Positions 30,267-40,417 of a stretch of 64,000 bases of DNA are shown here, piece by piece. The position numbers and the translations under genes were made by a program. Position 1 is the stretch's first letter. Each line of letters starts with the position of its first letter. This stretch comes from an uncultured Pseudomonadota bacterium (GTDB lineage: Bacteria; Pseudomonadota; Alphaproteobacteria; JACZXZ01): contig CAVVLJ010000004.1 of the NCBI GenBank assembly GCA_963749075.1, forward strand, positions 96,001 to 160,000, read 5' to 3'. A model generated the notes under the pieces. The model made no database searches. It was not told the DNA's origin and saw only the letters and a list, made by a program, of their open reading frames with translations.

Positions 30267-31898
30267 ATGTCTCGGGAGACGATGGAATTCGACGTCGTGA
30301 TCGTGGGCGCGGGGCCGGCCGGGCTCTCCGCGGCGATCCGGCTCAAGCAGCTCGCCCAGGAGGCCGGCCGCGAGCTCGGCGTGTGCGTCGTCGAGAAGGG
30401 CTCGGAGGTGGGCGCCCACATCCTCTCGGGCGCGGTGATCGAGACGCGCGCCCTCGACGAGCTCTTGCCCGATTGGCGCGCGCGCGAGGCCCCCCTCGTC
30501 ACCGCCGCCGCGGAGGACCGCTTCCTCTTCCTCAGCGAGAAGCGGGCCTTCCCCATGCCGACGCCGCCGCAGATGCACAATCGCGGCAACTTCATCGTGA
30601 GCCTCGGCAACGTCTGCCGCTGGCTCGCCAAGCAGGCGGAGGGGCTCGGCGTCGAGATCTATCCCGGCTTCGCTGCCGCCGAGGTGCTCTACGACGAGAA
30701 GGGCACCGTCGTGGGCGTCGCCACAGGCGACATGGGCATCGGCAAGGACGGGCAAAAGACCGACCACTACCAGCCGGGCGTCGAGCTGCGCGCGCGCCAG
30801 ACGCTCTTCGCCGAGGGCTGCCGCGGCTCGCTCACCAAGACGCTCTTCGAGCGCTTCCGCCTGCAGGACGAGAGCGGCCCCCAGACCTTCGGCATCGGCC
30901 TCAAGGAGCTGTGGGAGGTCGAGGCCGCCAAGCACCGGCCGGGCCTCGCCGTCCACACGATCGGCTGGCCGCTCGACCGCCGCACCTACGGCGGCTCCTT
31001 CCTCTATCATATGGAGAACCGCCAGGTGGCGGTCGGCTTCGTCATCGGCCTCGATTACCGGAATCCCTATCTCAACCCCTTCGAGGAGTTCCAGCGCTTC
31101 AAGACCCATCCGGCGCTGCGCCCCGTCTTCGAGGGCGGCCGGCGCATCGCCTATGGCGCCCGCGCCCTCAATGAGGGCGGCTTCCAGGCGATCCCCAAGC
31201 TCACCTTTCCCGGCGGCGCCCTCGTCGGCTGCACGGCGGGCTTCCTCAACGTGCCCAAGATCAAAGGCACCCACGGCGCCATGAAGTCGGCGATGGTCGC
31301 GGCCGAGGCGCTCTTCGAGACGCTCGCCGAAGGGGACGGCCGCGGCGAGGCCGTGCGCTATCCCGAGCGGCTCAAGCAAAGCTGGCTGTGGGAGGAGCTC
31401 TATCGCGTGCGCAACATCCGCCCCGGCTTCCGCTGGGGGCTCTGGGGCGGGCTCGCCTACGCGGCACTCGAAGCCTTTATCCTGCGAGGGCGCGCACCCT
31501 GGACCCTCCGCCATCACGCCGACAATCTGAGCCTCAAGCGCGCGGCCGAATGCCGCCGCATCGACTACCCCAAGCCCGACGGCAAGGTCTCCTTCGACAG
31601 GCTGAGCTCGGTCTTCATCGCCAACACCAACCACGAGGAGAACCAGCCCGCCCATCTCAAGCTCAAGGACCCGGAGGCGGCGATCAAGATCAATCTGGCG
31701 CTTTATGACGCGCCGGAGCAGCGCTATTGTCCGGCCGGGGTCTATGAGATCGTGCGCGACGCCAACGCGGTACCCAGGCTGCAGATCAACGCGCAGAACT
31801 GCGTGCACTGCAAGACGTGCGACATCAAGGACCCGACCCAGAACATCAATTGGGTGACGCCCGAGGGCGGCGGCGGACCGAACTACCCGAACATGTGA
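30267..31898 (+). CDS. Electron transfer flavoprotein-ubiquinone oxidoreductase
   Basis: GAGPAGL FAD motif, EKGSEVGAHILSGA, YCPAGVYE, NCVHCKTCDIKDP, GGPNY. Confidence 0.96.
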   Translation: MSRETMEFDVVIVGAGPAGLSAAIRLKQLAQEAGRELGVCVVEKGSEVGAHILSGAVIETRALDELLPDWRAREAPLVTAAAEDRFLFLSEKRAFPMPTPPQMHNRGNFIVSLGNVCRWLAKQAEGLGVEIYPGFAAAEVLYDEKGTVVGVATGDMGIGKDGQKTDHYQPGVELRARQTLFAEGCRGSLTKTLFERFRLQDESGPQTFGIGLKELWEVEAAKHRPGLAVHTIGWPLDRRTYGGSFLYHMENRQVAVGFVIGLDYRNPYLNPFEEFQRFKTHPALRPVFEGGRRIAYGARALNEGGFQAIPKLTFPGGALVGCTAGFLNVPKIKGTHGAMKSAMVAAEALFETLAEGDGRGEAVRYPERLKQSWLWEELYRVRNIRPGFRWGLWGGLAYAALEAFILRGRAPWTLRHHADNLSLKRAAECRRIDYPKPDGKVSFDRLSSVFIANTNHEENQPAHLKLKDPEAAIKINLALYDAPEQRYCPAGVYEIVRDANAVPRLQINAQNCVHCKTCDIKDPTQNINWVTPEGGGGPNYPNM

Positions 31899-31912
31899 GG
31901 CCGCACGCGTTT

Positions 31913-31948
31913 CCCCGCCCGCGCGTAAAACCCCGCCCGCGCGTAAAA
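31913..31948. repeat. 18-bp tandem direct repeat
   Basis: (ccccgcccgcgcgtaaaa)x2 just after the ETF-QO stop. Confidence 0.8.
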
Positions 31949-32117
31949 CATGGGGGCATCCCGGCCGCCGGGCGGGCCCCGTTGCCGCGCGCGGCGCGCG
32001 CCTGCTGTTGCACCGCGGCACTAGACTTTGTCGCGAATTGGGCGAAGAATCTCTGAAGTTGGCCCCCTCTTTCTCTCTATCGGGGCGCGGAGGGTTGCAT
32101 TGAGCTGTTTTCGCTAT

Positions 32118-33932
32118 GTGACGACTGGTTCCCTTTGCAGGGCGCTTGGCCTGCTCGGCGTGATCGTGGCAAGCGGCTGTGTCGAGCCCGGCCACACGGC
32201 CTCCAGCAACGGCGAGACGACGGTGGTGGCACGGGACGCGGCCGTCCCGGCGGCGGCCGCCGCGGCGAGCGAGGACAAGGACGCGGGCATCTTCCAATCC
32301 GCCGCCGGCTTCTATCTCGCGGCGCGCGAGGCGGACAGCAACGGCGATCTCGCCAAGGCCGCCGATTTCATGGCGGAGGCGCTCAAGCGCGATCCCGACA
32401 ACATCGACCTGATGCGCGACGCCTTCCAGCTCAAGCTGGCCGACGGCCGCCTCGACGACGCGAAAGCGCTGGCCGAGCGCCTGGTGGCGAAGCAGCCCGA
32501 CAGCCAGCTCGCCAACGCCGTGCTGGCCCTCGAGGAGGCCCGGGCCGGCCGCTTCGCGGAAAGCGAGGCGCGCATGGCCAAGCTGCCGCGGACCGGGCTC
32601 GGCGGCGTGCTGGCACCTCTCATCGAGGGCTGGTCGCTGCAAGGCGAGGGCAAGACCGACGAGGCGCTCAAGGCGCTCGACCAGCTCTCGGGCGTGCGCG
32701 GCTTCGGCGTGCTGCACGACTTTCATGCCGCCTTCATCGACGAGATCGCCGGCCGCCCGGCTGCGGCCGAGGCCGCGTTCAAGGCGACGATGGCTGCGGA
32801 GAGCGCGCCCTCCTTCCGCGTGGTCCAGGCGTTTGCCGAATTCTACGCGCGCCAGGGCCGCCTCAAGGAGGCGCTCGCCCTCTTCGAGAGCTACCGCAAG
32901 AGCAATCCGGACACGGTGCGCATCGGGCTCACGCTCAAGGCGCTCAACTCGGGGAAGCAGCCGCCGCTCCACCCGAAGGATGCCGCCGAGGGGATGGCCG
33001 AGGCGCTCTTCGATGTGGGCTCGGCGCTGCGCCAGGATCAGGGCTCCCGCTTGGCGCTCGGCCTCATGCGCCTGGCGCTCTACATGCAGCCCAGCCTGAC
33101 GATCGCCAGCATGACCCTCGGCGACATGCTCGAGGGCGAGCGCCGCGACGAGGAGGCGCTGGCGATCTACCGCGGCATAGCTGCCGACTCGCCGCTCCAT
33201 TTCTCGGCGCAACTGCGCATCGCCGACGTGCTGCGCGAGGGGGACAAGCTCGACGAGGCGATCAAGGTGCTCGAAGCGCTCGCCGCCGAATGGCCCGACA
33301 GCTTCGAGCCGCTGGCGACCGAGGGCGACTATCTGCGCTCCGCCGAGCGCTTCGCCGACGCGGCCAAGGCCTACGACCTCGCGCTCGCCCGCGTGAAGAC
33401 CGTCGATACGCAGGACTGGTCGCTCTTCTATGCGCGCGGCGTGGCCTTCGAGCGCGCCGGCGAGTGGCCGCAGGCGGAGAAGGATTTCCTCGAGGCGCTC
33501 AAGCTCTCGCCGGATCAGCCGAGCGTGCTCAATTATCTCGGCTACTCCTGGGTCGACCGCGGCGAGAATCTGCCGAAGGCGAAGGAGTTCATCGAGCGCG
33601 CGGTGCAGCTCAAGCCCGACGACGGCTACATCGTCGACAGCCTCGGCTGGGTGCTCTACCGCCAGGGCGATTACCAGGGTGCCGTGAGCAACCTCGAGCG
33701 CGCGGTCGAGCTCAGGCCGGATGATCCGGTGATCAACGACCATCTCGGCGACGCCTATTGGCGCGTGGGACGCCTGGACGAGGCGCGCTTCCAGTGGAAG
33801 CGCGCGCTCACCCTCAAGCCCGAGCCCGATCTCGTGACGACGATCGGCGACAAGCTGCAGCACGGCCTCAAGGCCACCGGCAAGACGGGCGAGCGCGACG
33901 GTTCCGGCAAGACGGGCGAGCACGACAGTTGA
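32118..33932 (+). CDS. Tetratricopeptide repeat (lipo)protein
   Basis: VASGC lipobox-like; [31 protein letters not shown]; start uncertain (32028-32118). Confidence 0.9.
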   Translation: MTTGSLCRALGLLGVIVASGCVEPGHTASSNGETTVVARDAAVPAAAAAASEDKDAGIFQSAAGFYLAAREADSNGDLAKAADFMAEALKRDPDNIDLMRDAFQLKLADGRLDDAKALAERLVAKQPDSQLANAVLALEEARAGRFAESEARMAKLPRTGLGGVLAPLIEGWSLQGEGKTDEALKALDQLSGVRGFGVLHDFHAAFIDEIAGRPAAAEAAFKATMAAESAPSFRVVQAFAEFYARQGRLKEALALFESYRKSNPDTVRIGLTLKALNSGKQPPLHPKDAAEGMAEALFDVGSALRQDQGSRLALGLMRLALYMQPSLTIASMTLGDMLEGERRDEEALAIYRGIAADSPLHFSAQLRIADVLREGDKLDEAIKVLEALAAEWPDSFEPLATEGDYLRSAERFADAAKAYDLALARVKTVDTQDWSLFYARGVAFERAGEWPQAEKDFLEALKLSPDQPSVLNYLGYSWVDRGENLPKAKEFIERAVQLKPDDGYIVDSLGWVLYRQGDYQGAVSNLERAVELRPDDPVINDHLGDAYWRVGRLDEARFQWKRALTLKPEPDLVTTIGDKLQHGLKATGKTGERDGSGKTGEHDS

Positions 33933-34810
33933 AGCCGGCGCTCCGCGCCGCAGCGCCGGCCAAGCTCAATCTCTATCTCCACGTCGTGGGACGGCGCGCC
34001 GACGGCTATCACCTGCTCGACAGCCTCATCGCCTTCGCCTCCGTGCACGACACCCTCGCGGCGGCCCCTGCCGAGGCGCTCAGCCTCGCCGTGACGGGGC
34101 CCTTCGCTCAGGCGCTCGCCGCCGAGTCCGAGAACCTCGTGCTCAAGGCAGCACGCCTCCTCGCGGCCGAGACCGGGCGCGCGCCCGCGGCCGCCATCAC
34201 GCTCGAGAAGCGCCTTCCCGTGGCATCCGGCATCGGCGGCGGCTCGGCGGATGCGGCGGCGGCACTCGCCGTGCTCGCGCGGCTCTGGGGGGTGCCGATC
34301 GGCGAGCCGGCGCTCATGGCGCTGGCACTCCGCCTCGGCGCCGACGTGCCCATGTGCTTGAATGGACGGGCCGCCTTCGCGGGCGGCATCGGCGAGGAGC
34401 TGGCAGCGGCACCGCCGCTTCCCGAGGCCGGGCTCCTCCTCGTCAATCCGGGCGTAGCCCTGCCGACGGCAGCCGTCTTCGGCGCGCGCGAGGGCGCCTA
34501 TTCCGCACCCGCGCGCTTCCGCGAGGCGCCGCGCGACGCGGCAGCGCTCGCCGGTCTCCTTGCAACGCGCCGCAACGACCTCGCCGCCGCCGCCCGGCAG
34601 CTCGCCCCCGCGATCGGCACGGTGCTGACAACTCTGGCCGCGGCACCCGGCTGTCTTCTCGCGCGCATGTCGGGGAGCGGCGCCACCTGCTTCGGGCTCT
34701 TTCCCAGCGCCGCCGCCGCCGCCGCCGCCGCACCGGCCGTGGCGCGTCCCGGCTGGTGGGTGGCGCCCGCGCACCTCGTCACGGACGCCGCCTCGCTCGC
34801 GCCGGATTAG
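33929..34810 (+). CDS. ispE: 4-(cytidine 5'-diphospho)-2-C-methyl-D-erythritol kinase
   Basis: [48 protein letters not shown]. Confidence 0.95.
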   Translation: MKPALRAAAPAKLNLYLHVVGRRADGYHLLDSLIAFASVHDTLAAAPAEALSLAVTGPFAQALAAESENLVLKAARLLAAETGRAPAAAITLEKRLPVASGIGGGSADAAAALAVLARLWGVPIGEPALMALALRLGADVPMCLNGRAAFAGGIGEELAAAPPLPEAGLLLVNPGVALPTAAVFGAREGAYSAPARFREAPRDAAALAGLLATRRNDLAAAARQLAPAIGTVLTTLAAAPGCLLARMSGSGATCFGLFPSAAAAAAAAPAVARPGWWVAPAHLVTDAASLAPD

Positions 34811-34840
34811 GCGCCGCTGCCGCCCGAGAGCGCTTCCGGC

Positions 34841-36974
34841 TCACTGCTGTCCCGAGAGCTTCCGCATATAGTCGAGGAGCGCGCTCGAGGCGCTGCCGTC
34901 GACCTCGAGCCCCGAACTCGCGCTGGAAGGAGCGGATGGCGTTCGCCGTGCGCGGCCCCATGCGCCCGTTGGCCGGACCGGGGTCGTAGCCGAGCGCATT
35001 GAGGAGCTTCTGGATGTCGGCGACCGCGGCCGCACCCTCCGTCTCGGCGCCCGCTGCGGGCTTGGCCGGCGGCGGCTCGCTGCGCGCCGCGACTGCGGGC
35101 GCGGGCCGCGGTGCTGCGGGCACGGGCGAGGCCAGCGCCTTGGCAGGCCGGGCAGCCGGGCGCGCGGCCGCGGCGGGTGCGGCGCTTCCGGGCTGATAGG
35201 ATGGTCTGGCCGGGATCGCGGAGGCCGCCGCCTCGTAGCGGCGGGTGCCCTCGGCGATCGTCTGCGGCGTCATCTTGGCGGTGAGCGAGGTCAGATACTT
35301 CTCGGCCGCCGCGGCGCCGCCGCGCTGGGCGATCCTATACCACTTATAGGCCTCGACCGCGTCCGCCGGGCCGCCGCGGCCATCCTCGAACAGCACGCCG
35401 AGATTGAGGGCCGCGACCGCGAGGCCCTGCTCGGCGGCTTGCGAGAACCATCTGCGCGCCTCCTTGTCGTCCTGCTCGACGCCTTTGCCGTCCGCATAGG
35501 CGGTGCCGATGTTGTATTCGCCGGGCGGATAGCCCTGGCGGGCGGCGCTCAGGTACCAGCGGATCGCCTCCTTCTCGTTCTTCTCGATGCCGAGGCCCTG
35601 CTGATAGAGCACGCCGAGATTGTACTCTGCGCCCGCGATGCCCTGGAGCGCCGACTCGCGGAACCAGTGGGCGGCCGCGGCGTAATCCTGCGGCAGCTCG
35701 TCCCCGCGCACATAGAGCGTCGCCAGGTCGTATTGGGCGCGCGGGTCGCCGCCCTTGGCGAGCAATTCGATCTCCTTGACGCCGATCGCCCCGCGCTGTG
35801 CCGGCGCCTCGGCTTTGGCGGCCGGCACCGCTGCTGCGGCCGTGGGCGGCGCCGGCTTGGGCACCGGCAAGGGCAGCGGGGCGGCTGCGGCGGGCGGCAG
35901 CGCCGCCGTCTGGGGCTCGCTCGCGGCCGGCGTGGGCTCGGGCGCTGCCGCCGTCGGCGCGGTCGCGGCCGGCGCCGGTGCTGCCGGGCTCGCCGCGGGC
36001 GGCGCGGCCTCTCCTTGCGGCGGTGCCGCCGCCGGTGCGGCCGTTGCGGCCGGTGCCGCCGGTGCTGTCGCTGCCGCGGGTGCGGCCGGTGCCGCGGGTG
36101 CGGCTGGTGCCGTCGTTGCCGCCTGCTGCTCCGCCGGTTTGGCAGGCTCGCCGCTCGCGGCGGCCGGCGCCCCGGCGCTGGGGCCGGCTGCCGTCTCGAC
36201 CGGCCGTCCGCGGCTGAAGGCGAAGATGCCCCAGGCGACGAGGCCGAGGAGGAGCAGCGCCCCGGCACCCAGTGCGAGCTGGCGCATGCGCCGCGGCCGC
36301 GGCGTTTGCGCGCCGCTCTTCTCCGTCCCTTGCCCGGCGCCCTGGCGGAGACGGCGCGCGAGCTCGTTCGTGCGCTCCACGGCGGAGAGCGCCACGGCCG
36401 TGCCGAGCGGCGACTCCTCGCCATGGAAGGAATGCCCGGAGGCTTCCTCGCCGGCCGCGGCATCGTGAGCGGGTGGAGGCGGCTCGGGATCGAGGCGCAG
36501 CTCCGGTGCCGCGGGGTCGCGCGGCACGATCGGCTCGGCCGCGGGATTGTCCGCGTGCAGCTCGGGGAGATGGGGGGGCATATCCGTGCCTTCGGCAACG
36601 GGCCGGGCGGCCGCGTCCTCGGCGCTGTCATGGGCGTCGGGTGCTGCGCCAGCCTCGGGCGGCGCTGCTGCCGGCTCGGTGCTGATGCGGCGCAAGGCGA
36701 GCTTCAGCTCGGCGAGCTCGCGCGCCCTCGCCTCGGCGGTATCGGCCGGCTCTTGCGGCCCCGGCGCCGCGGCCAGCGTCCCCGCGGCGGCAGCGCTCCG
36801 GCTGCGCAGCGCATTGAGCCGCGCGAGGAGCTCCCGGTCACCCTCCGTGCCGGCCGCCGCTCCGCGCGCCAGCCACTCCTCGACGCTCACGCCGGCCGCG
36901 TGCGCCGCCGCCTCGGCGAGCTCGAGCGTCTCCGGGTCGAGATCCTTGGGCTGGAGCGGCGTCTCGGGGGCCAT
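34841..36974 (-). CDS. PodJ-like protein: TM, Pro/Ala linker, Sel1 repeats, C-terminal peptidoglycan-binding domain; +1 frameshift near 34910
   Basis: N-terminal AAAHAAGVSVEEWL; AQYDLATLY, AEYNLGVLY Sel1 repeats; IQKLLNALGYDPG..NG..G.RT..AI..FQ continuing LEVDG in the next frame. Confidence 0.75.
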
Positions 36975-37112
36975 CAAAAGCTCTCCGCAAAGGGTCGGCG
37001 AAACATATCAGGAATCACCGCGCGCGTGAATTGCGTCGGCCCGGGCCGGGCGCGCCGCGTCGAGGAGTTGCGGGCACGCCGATTGGGCGCTAAACCCTAG
37101 GCCGCGCACGGA

Positions 37113-37186
37113 TGGGGCGTGGCCAAGTGGTAAGGCAACGGATTTTGGATCCGTGATCCCAGGTTCGAATCCTGGCGCCCCAGCCA
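37113..37186 (+). tRNA. tRNA-Gln (TTG)
   Basis: Cloverleaf TGGGGCG...; anticodon arm ACGGA-TTTTGGA-TCCGT; GGTTCGAATCC T-arm; encoded CCA. Confidence 0.97.
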
Positions 37187-37368
37187 GCGCCTCATTGTCC
37201 GGCCCGGAGACATGGGTAACGGAACGTACCTAAGACATGGGTGACAACCCTGGGCCGAAATGGTTGTCGAGGGGTTGCAGGATCCGGAGGTGAATCCAGC
37301 ATGTCGTTGACGGCGGACAGATCGCGGCGCCCATGCCTCCCGATCGATCCGCCGCCGAGGCAATTTCG

Positions 37369-37409
37369 TATATCTTTTGGATATATATTAGTTTATCCAT
37401 AGGATACAC
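37369..37409. promoter_or_regulatory. mazEF operator palindromes
   Basis: TATATC-ttttg-GATATA and TATCC-ata-GGATA in an AT-rich patch before mazE. Confidence 0.55.
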
Positions 37410-37427
37410 ATTTTGGGCACGACCAAT

Positions 37428-37673
37428 ATGCCAATACAGGTTCAGATCGCCAAATGGGGCAACAGCCTCGGCCTCCGGGTGCCAAGAGACATTGCCGCTC
37501 GGGTGGGTCTCACCGAAGGCGCCCGCGTCGATATCGAGGCCTCCGATGACGGCCGGATCATCATCACCCGCTCTCGGCGGCATTTTAGCCTCGACGAGTT
37601 GCTGGCGGAGATGACACCCGAACGTGAGCACACCCTCGAGGATGATGGCCCGGTCGGCGAGGAAATCATCTGA
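37428..37673 (+). CDS. mazE: AbrB/MazE-family antitoxin
   Basis: KWGNSLGLRVP, SLDELL..MTPE, GPVGEEI. Confidence 0.92.
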   Translation: MPIQVQIAKWGNSLGLRVPRDIAARVGLTEGARVDIEASDDGRIIITRSRRHFSLDELLAEMTPEREHTLEDDGPVGEEII

Positions 37674-38005
37674 TGGCGCTTCCTGATCGCGGCAGCCTGG
37701 TTTGGCTGCATTTCTCGCCCCAGGCCGGCAGCGAGCAGGCGGGCCGCCGTCCCGGCATCGTCCTGACCAAGGCCGCCTATCACCGGCGTTCACGGCTCGC
37801 GGTCGTCTGCCCAATCTCCAGCCGGGAAAAGGGATGGCCGATGGAGGTGAAGTTGCCCCCAGGCCTGCCGGTCGCCGGTGTCGTCCTGGTTGACCATGTC
37901 AGGAGCGTTGACCGCGAGGCGCGCAGAATGGAAGTCGTTGGTGAAGCGCCGCTCCAAGTGCTCGACGAAATCGACGCCCGGCTGGCGCCGCTCTTGAGCT
38001 TGTAG
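37673..38005 (+). CDS. mazF: MazF/PemK-family endoribonuclease toxin
   Basis: PDRG..VWL.FSPQAGSEQAGRRP, VCPISS, GVVLVDHVRSVD. Confidence 0.92.
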   Translation: MALPDRGSLVWLHFSPQAGSEQAGRRPGIVLTKAAYHRRSRLAVVCPISSREKGWPMEVKLPPGLPVAGVVLVDHVRSVDREARRMEVVGEAPLQVLDEIDARLAPLLSL

Positions 38006-38347
38006 CTCACGTTCGCACGGCAAGCTTAGCAACGAAAGGCGGTTTGAATAGCAGGGTGCCGTGGGAGCGCTTCCGCTGCCTCACTGTCGTGGCTGTCCAT
38101 GAGCGTTCCCAGGGGCGAGCCGCGCTCGCCGTCATTAAAGCCAATTGCGATTTGATTAATTAGTGCCCGAGGTAGCCAAAGCGGACTCAACAAGCGCAAC
38201 TCGCCTAGGGCATCGGCAGACGGCCGCTGCTGCACCCCGCAGACGCGCGCCCAATGCTTCGATCGCGATCGAAGCGTTCCCGCTCGACAAGCGGACGTGG
38301 CCGGCTCACAGTCAGCGCTCCGCCCTTGCGCGATTCGGGAGACCGCC

Positions 38348-38668
38348 ATGTTGACGCTCTGCATCCGCTACACCCTCGACCACAACAAGCTCGGCCATTT
38401 CGAGGGTTATGCGCGGACCTTGCTCGGACAGATCGAGCGCTCCGGCGGCAAGCTCCTCGGCTACTTCGTGCCGACGAAGGTCGCCGGGCGGACCGATACC
38501 GCCCTGGCGCTCATCGATTTTGCCGATCTCGCAAGTTACGAGCAGTATCGCGCGAAACTGATGGCGGACCCGGAGGCTGCCGAGAACGTGCGCCGCGTCG
38601 AGGCGAGCGGCGTTATCCTGAATGAGGAGCGCTCGTTCCTCCACCGCGTGACAGCACCCGGCGAATGA
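38348..38668 (+). CDS. NIPSNAP family protein
   Basis: IRYTLD...FE.YA, GG..LGYF.P, ALIDFADLASYEQYR, ERSFL. Confidence 0.82.
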   Translation: MLTLCIRYTLDHNKLGHFEGYARTLLGQIERSGGKLLGYFVPTKVAGRTDTALALIDFADLASYEQYRAKLMADPEAAENVRRVEASGVILNEERSFLHRVTAPGE

Positions 38669-38716
38669 GGTGCCGGAGTCGGCCGCTCGCCTTGCCGCCA
38701 GCCGAGGAGAAGCACG

Positions 38717-39394
38717 ATGTTTGCGGTGATCTTCGAAGTGCAGCCCAAGAAGGAGCGTTGGGAGGAGTACCTGAGCCTCGCCAGGCTGCTCAAGCCGGAG
38801 CTCGAGCGCATCGACGGCTTCATCGACAACGAGCGCTTCGCGAGCAGGCGCCGGGAGGGCCGCCTCCTCTCCCTCTCCATCTGGCGCAACGAGAAGTCGC
38901 TCGTGCGCTGGCGCACGCAATCCGCCCATCACGCGGTGCAGGAGAAGGGCCGCTTCGAGGTCTTCGCGGACTATCGCTTGCGCGTCGGCGAGATCACCGC
39001 CGACAGCGAGGCAGCACCCGGGCCGAGGCTGGCCGACCAGCGCCTCGACGAGACCGAGGCCGGCGAGGCCAAGGCCGTGACGATCAGCGGGTTGGCACCG
39101 GCGGAAGGCGAGCGGCCGGCCAGCGCCGATCTCGCCGGCGATGCGGGGCTGCCGGCGGCGGGGACGGAGGGCGTCCTCGACCACGAGAGTTTTGCGAGCA
39201 TCTACCGGCCGGGGACGCTGCTGCTCCTCGTCTCGTGGCACGACGCGGCGGCCGCGGAGCGCTGGACGCCGCGGGCGGTCGCGGGTGCGATGCTCCGCCA
39301 TCGCCGCGTGCGCGTCATCCGCGACTACGGCATGTTCGACCGCCGCGAGGCGCCGCAATACTACGCCGAGGTCGCCCGCCCGCGCTCGCCCTAG
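38717..39394 (+). CDS. Antibiotic biosynthesis monooxygenase family protein (tandem ABM)
   Basis: MFAVIFEV.P, IDGFIDNERF.S, LSLS.W, H...Q..GR, VIRDYGMFDRREAPQ. Confidence 0.85.
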   Translation: MFAVIFEVQPKKERWEEYLSLARLLKPELERIDGFIDNERFASRRREGRLLSLSIWRNEKSLVRWRTQSAHHAVQEKGRFEVFADYRLRVGEITADSEAAPGPRLADQRLDETEAGEAKAVTISGLAPAEGERPASADLAGDAGLPAAGTEGVLDHESFASIYRPGTLLLLVSWHDAAAAERWTPRAVAGAMLRHRRVRVIRDYGMFDRREAPQYYAEVARPRSP

Positions 39395-39421
39395 GCCCAG
39401 GGCGGGTTGCGGCGCTTGGCC

Positions 39422-40186
39422 TCAGCCGGGCTCCATGCCGGTCGCCTTGATGACCTTCGTAGCCTCGGGCGAGGTGAGGAACTTGAGGAAGGCCTTGGCC
39501 GCCTCCACCGCTTCCGCCTTGGCGTTGGTGCCGATGCCGGCGGCAAATTCGGTGATCGCCTGGAGCTCGGCCGGCATGGGGCCCACGAGCTCGACGCCCG
39601 CGACCGGCACGATCTCGCTCACCTGCTGGATGCTGAGCTCGCATTGGCCGTTGAGGAGCAAATCCTCGCTGCGCACGGTGCCGGCCGAGAGCACGGTCTT
39701 GGGCTTCATCGCCGCGGCGATGCCGAGGCGCTCCATCACGCCCGCGGCATAGACGCCGCTCGCCCCCTTCTCGCTGTAGCACACCGACTTGGCCGCCAGC
39801 ATGGCGCGCTTGAACGCCTCGACGCTCGAGATGTCGGGCTTGGCGCCGCCCTTCAGCATGCCGACGCCGGCGCCCGAGCGCGCGATCTCGGTGCGCGAGG
39901 CGGCGGCGACCTTGCCGTCCTTGATGAGGGCGTCGAGCACGGGGCCGGTCAGGATCGTCACGTCGAAGGGGGCGCCGGCCTCGAGCTGACCCTTGAGAAC
40001 GTTGGCGACGCCCCAGGCGATGACGAGCTTGTTGCCGCTCGCGCGCTCGAACTCGGGCGCCAGCGTCTCCACCACCGCCTTCACCCCGATCGTGCTGGTG
40101 AGCTCTACCTCGGCGGCGCGCGCGCCGGCGAGCGGGGCGAGCAGCAGGCAGGCCGCCGCCGCCGCGATTGGCCAATGCCTTGTCAT
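39422..40186 (-). CDS. ModA-like periplasmic substrate-binding protein
   Basis: Signal peptide; KPDISSVEAFK, GASGVY, QQVSEI..V.GV..VGP.P. Confidence 0.8.
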   Translation of the reverse strand: MTRHWPIAAAAACLLLAPLAGARAAEVELTSTIGVKAVVETLAPEFERASGNKLVIAWGVANVLKGQLEAGAPFDVTILTGPVLDALIKDGKVAAASRTEIARSGAGVGMLKGGAKPDISSVEAFKRAMLAAKSVCYSEKGASGVYAAGVMERLGIAAAMKPKTVLSAGTVRSEDLLLNGQCELSIQQVSEIVPVAGVELVGPMPAELQAITEFAAGIGTNAKAEAVEAAKAFLKFLTSPEATKVIKATGMEPG

Positions 40187-40417
40187 TTGTCCCTCCCTTC
40201 GAGGATGCCCTTGCGCCGGCCGCAGGAGGCCGCGAGACCCTTCGTGTTGCTTGGCGCCAGTCTAGGGCAGGGCCGTCGTCGTGCGCAAATGGCCTTGCGC
40301 GCCGTGAGCGGCGCTTTTGGCAGCGCTCCCGCTTGCGGTTATGCTGGCTCAAGGCAGCGCAAGGCCGCCGGTCAGCCGAGCCTCGCGAGACGCGACTGCC
40401 GCGGACGATACAGCGCC

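Noticed and set aside
30195-33923. 1242-aa minus-strand ORF and many similar long antisense ORFs
   Set aside because: These are antisense shadows of ETF-QO, TPR and other genes, expected at this GC content, with no recognisable motifs.
35790-36200. Repetitive GC-rich stretch as a CRISPR or repeat array
   Set aside because: It is the low-complexity Pro/Ala linker coding region of the PodJ-like gene, with no constant repeat-spacer structure and no cas genes.
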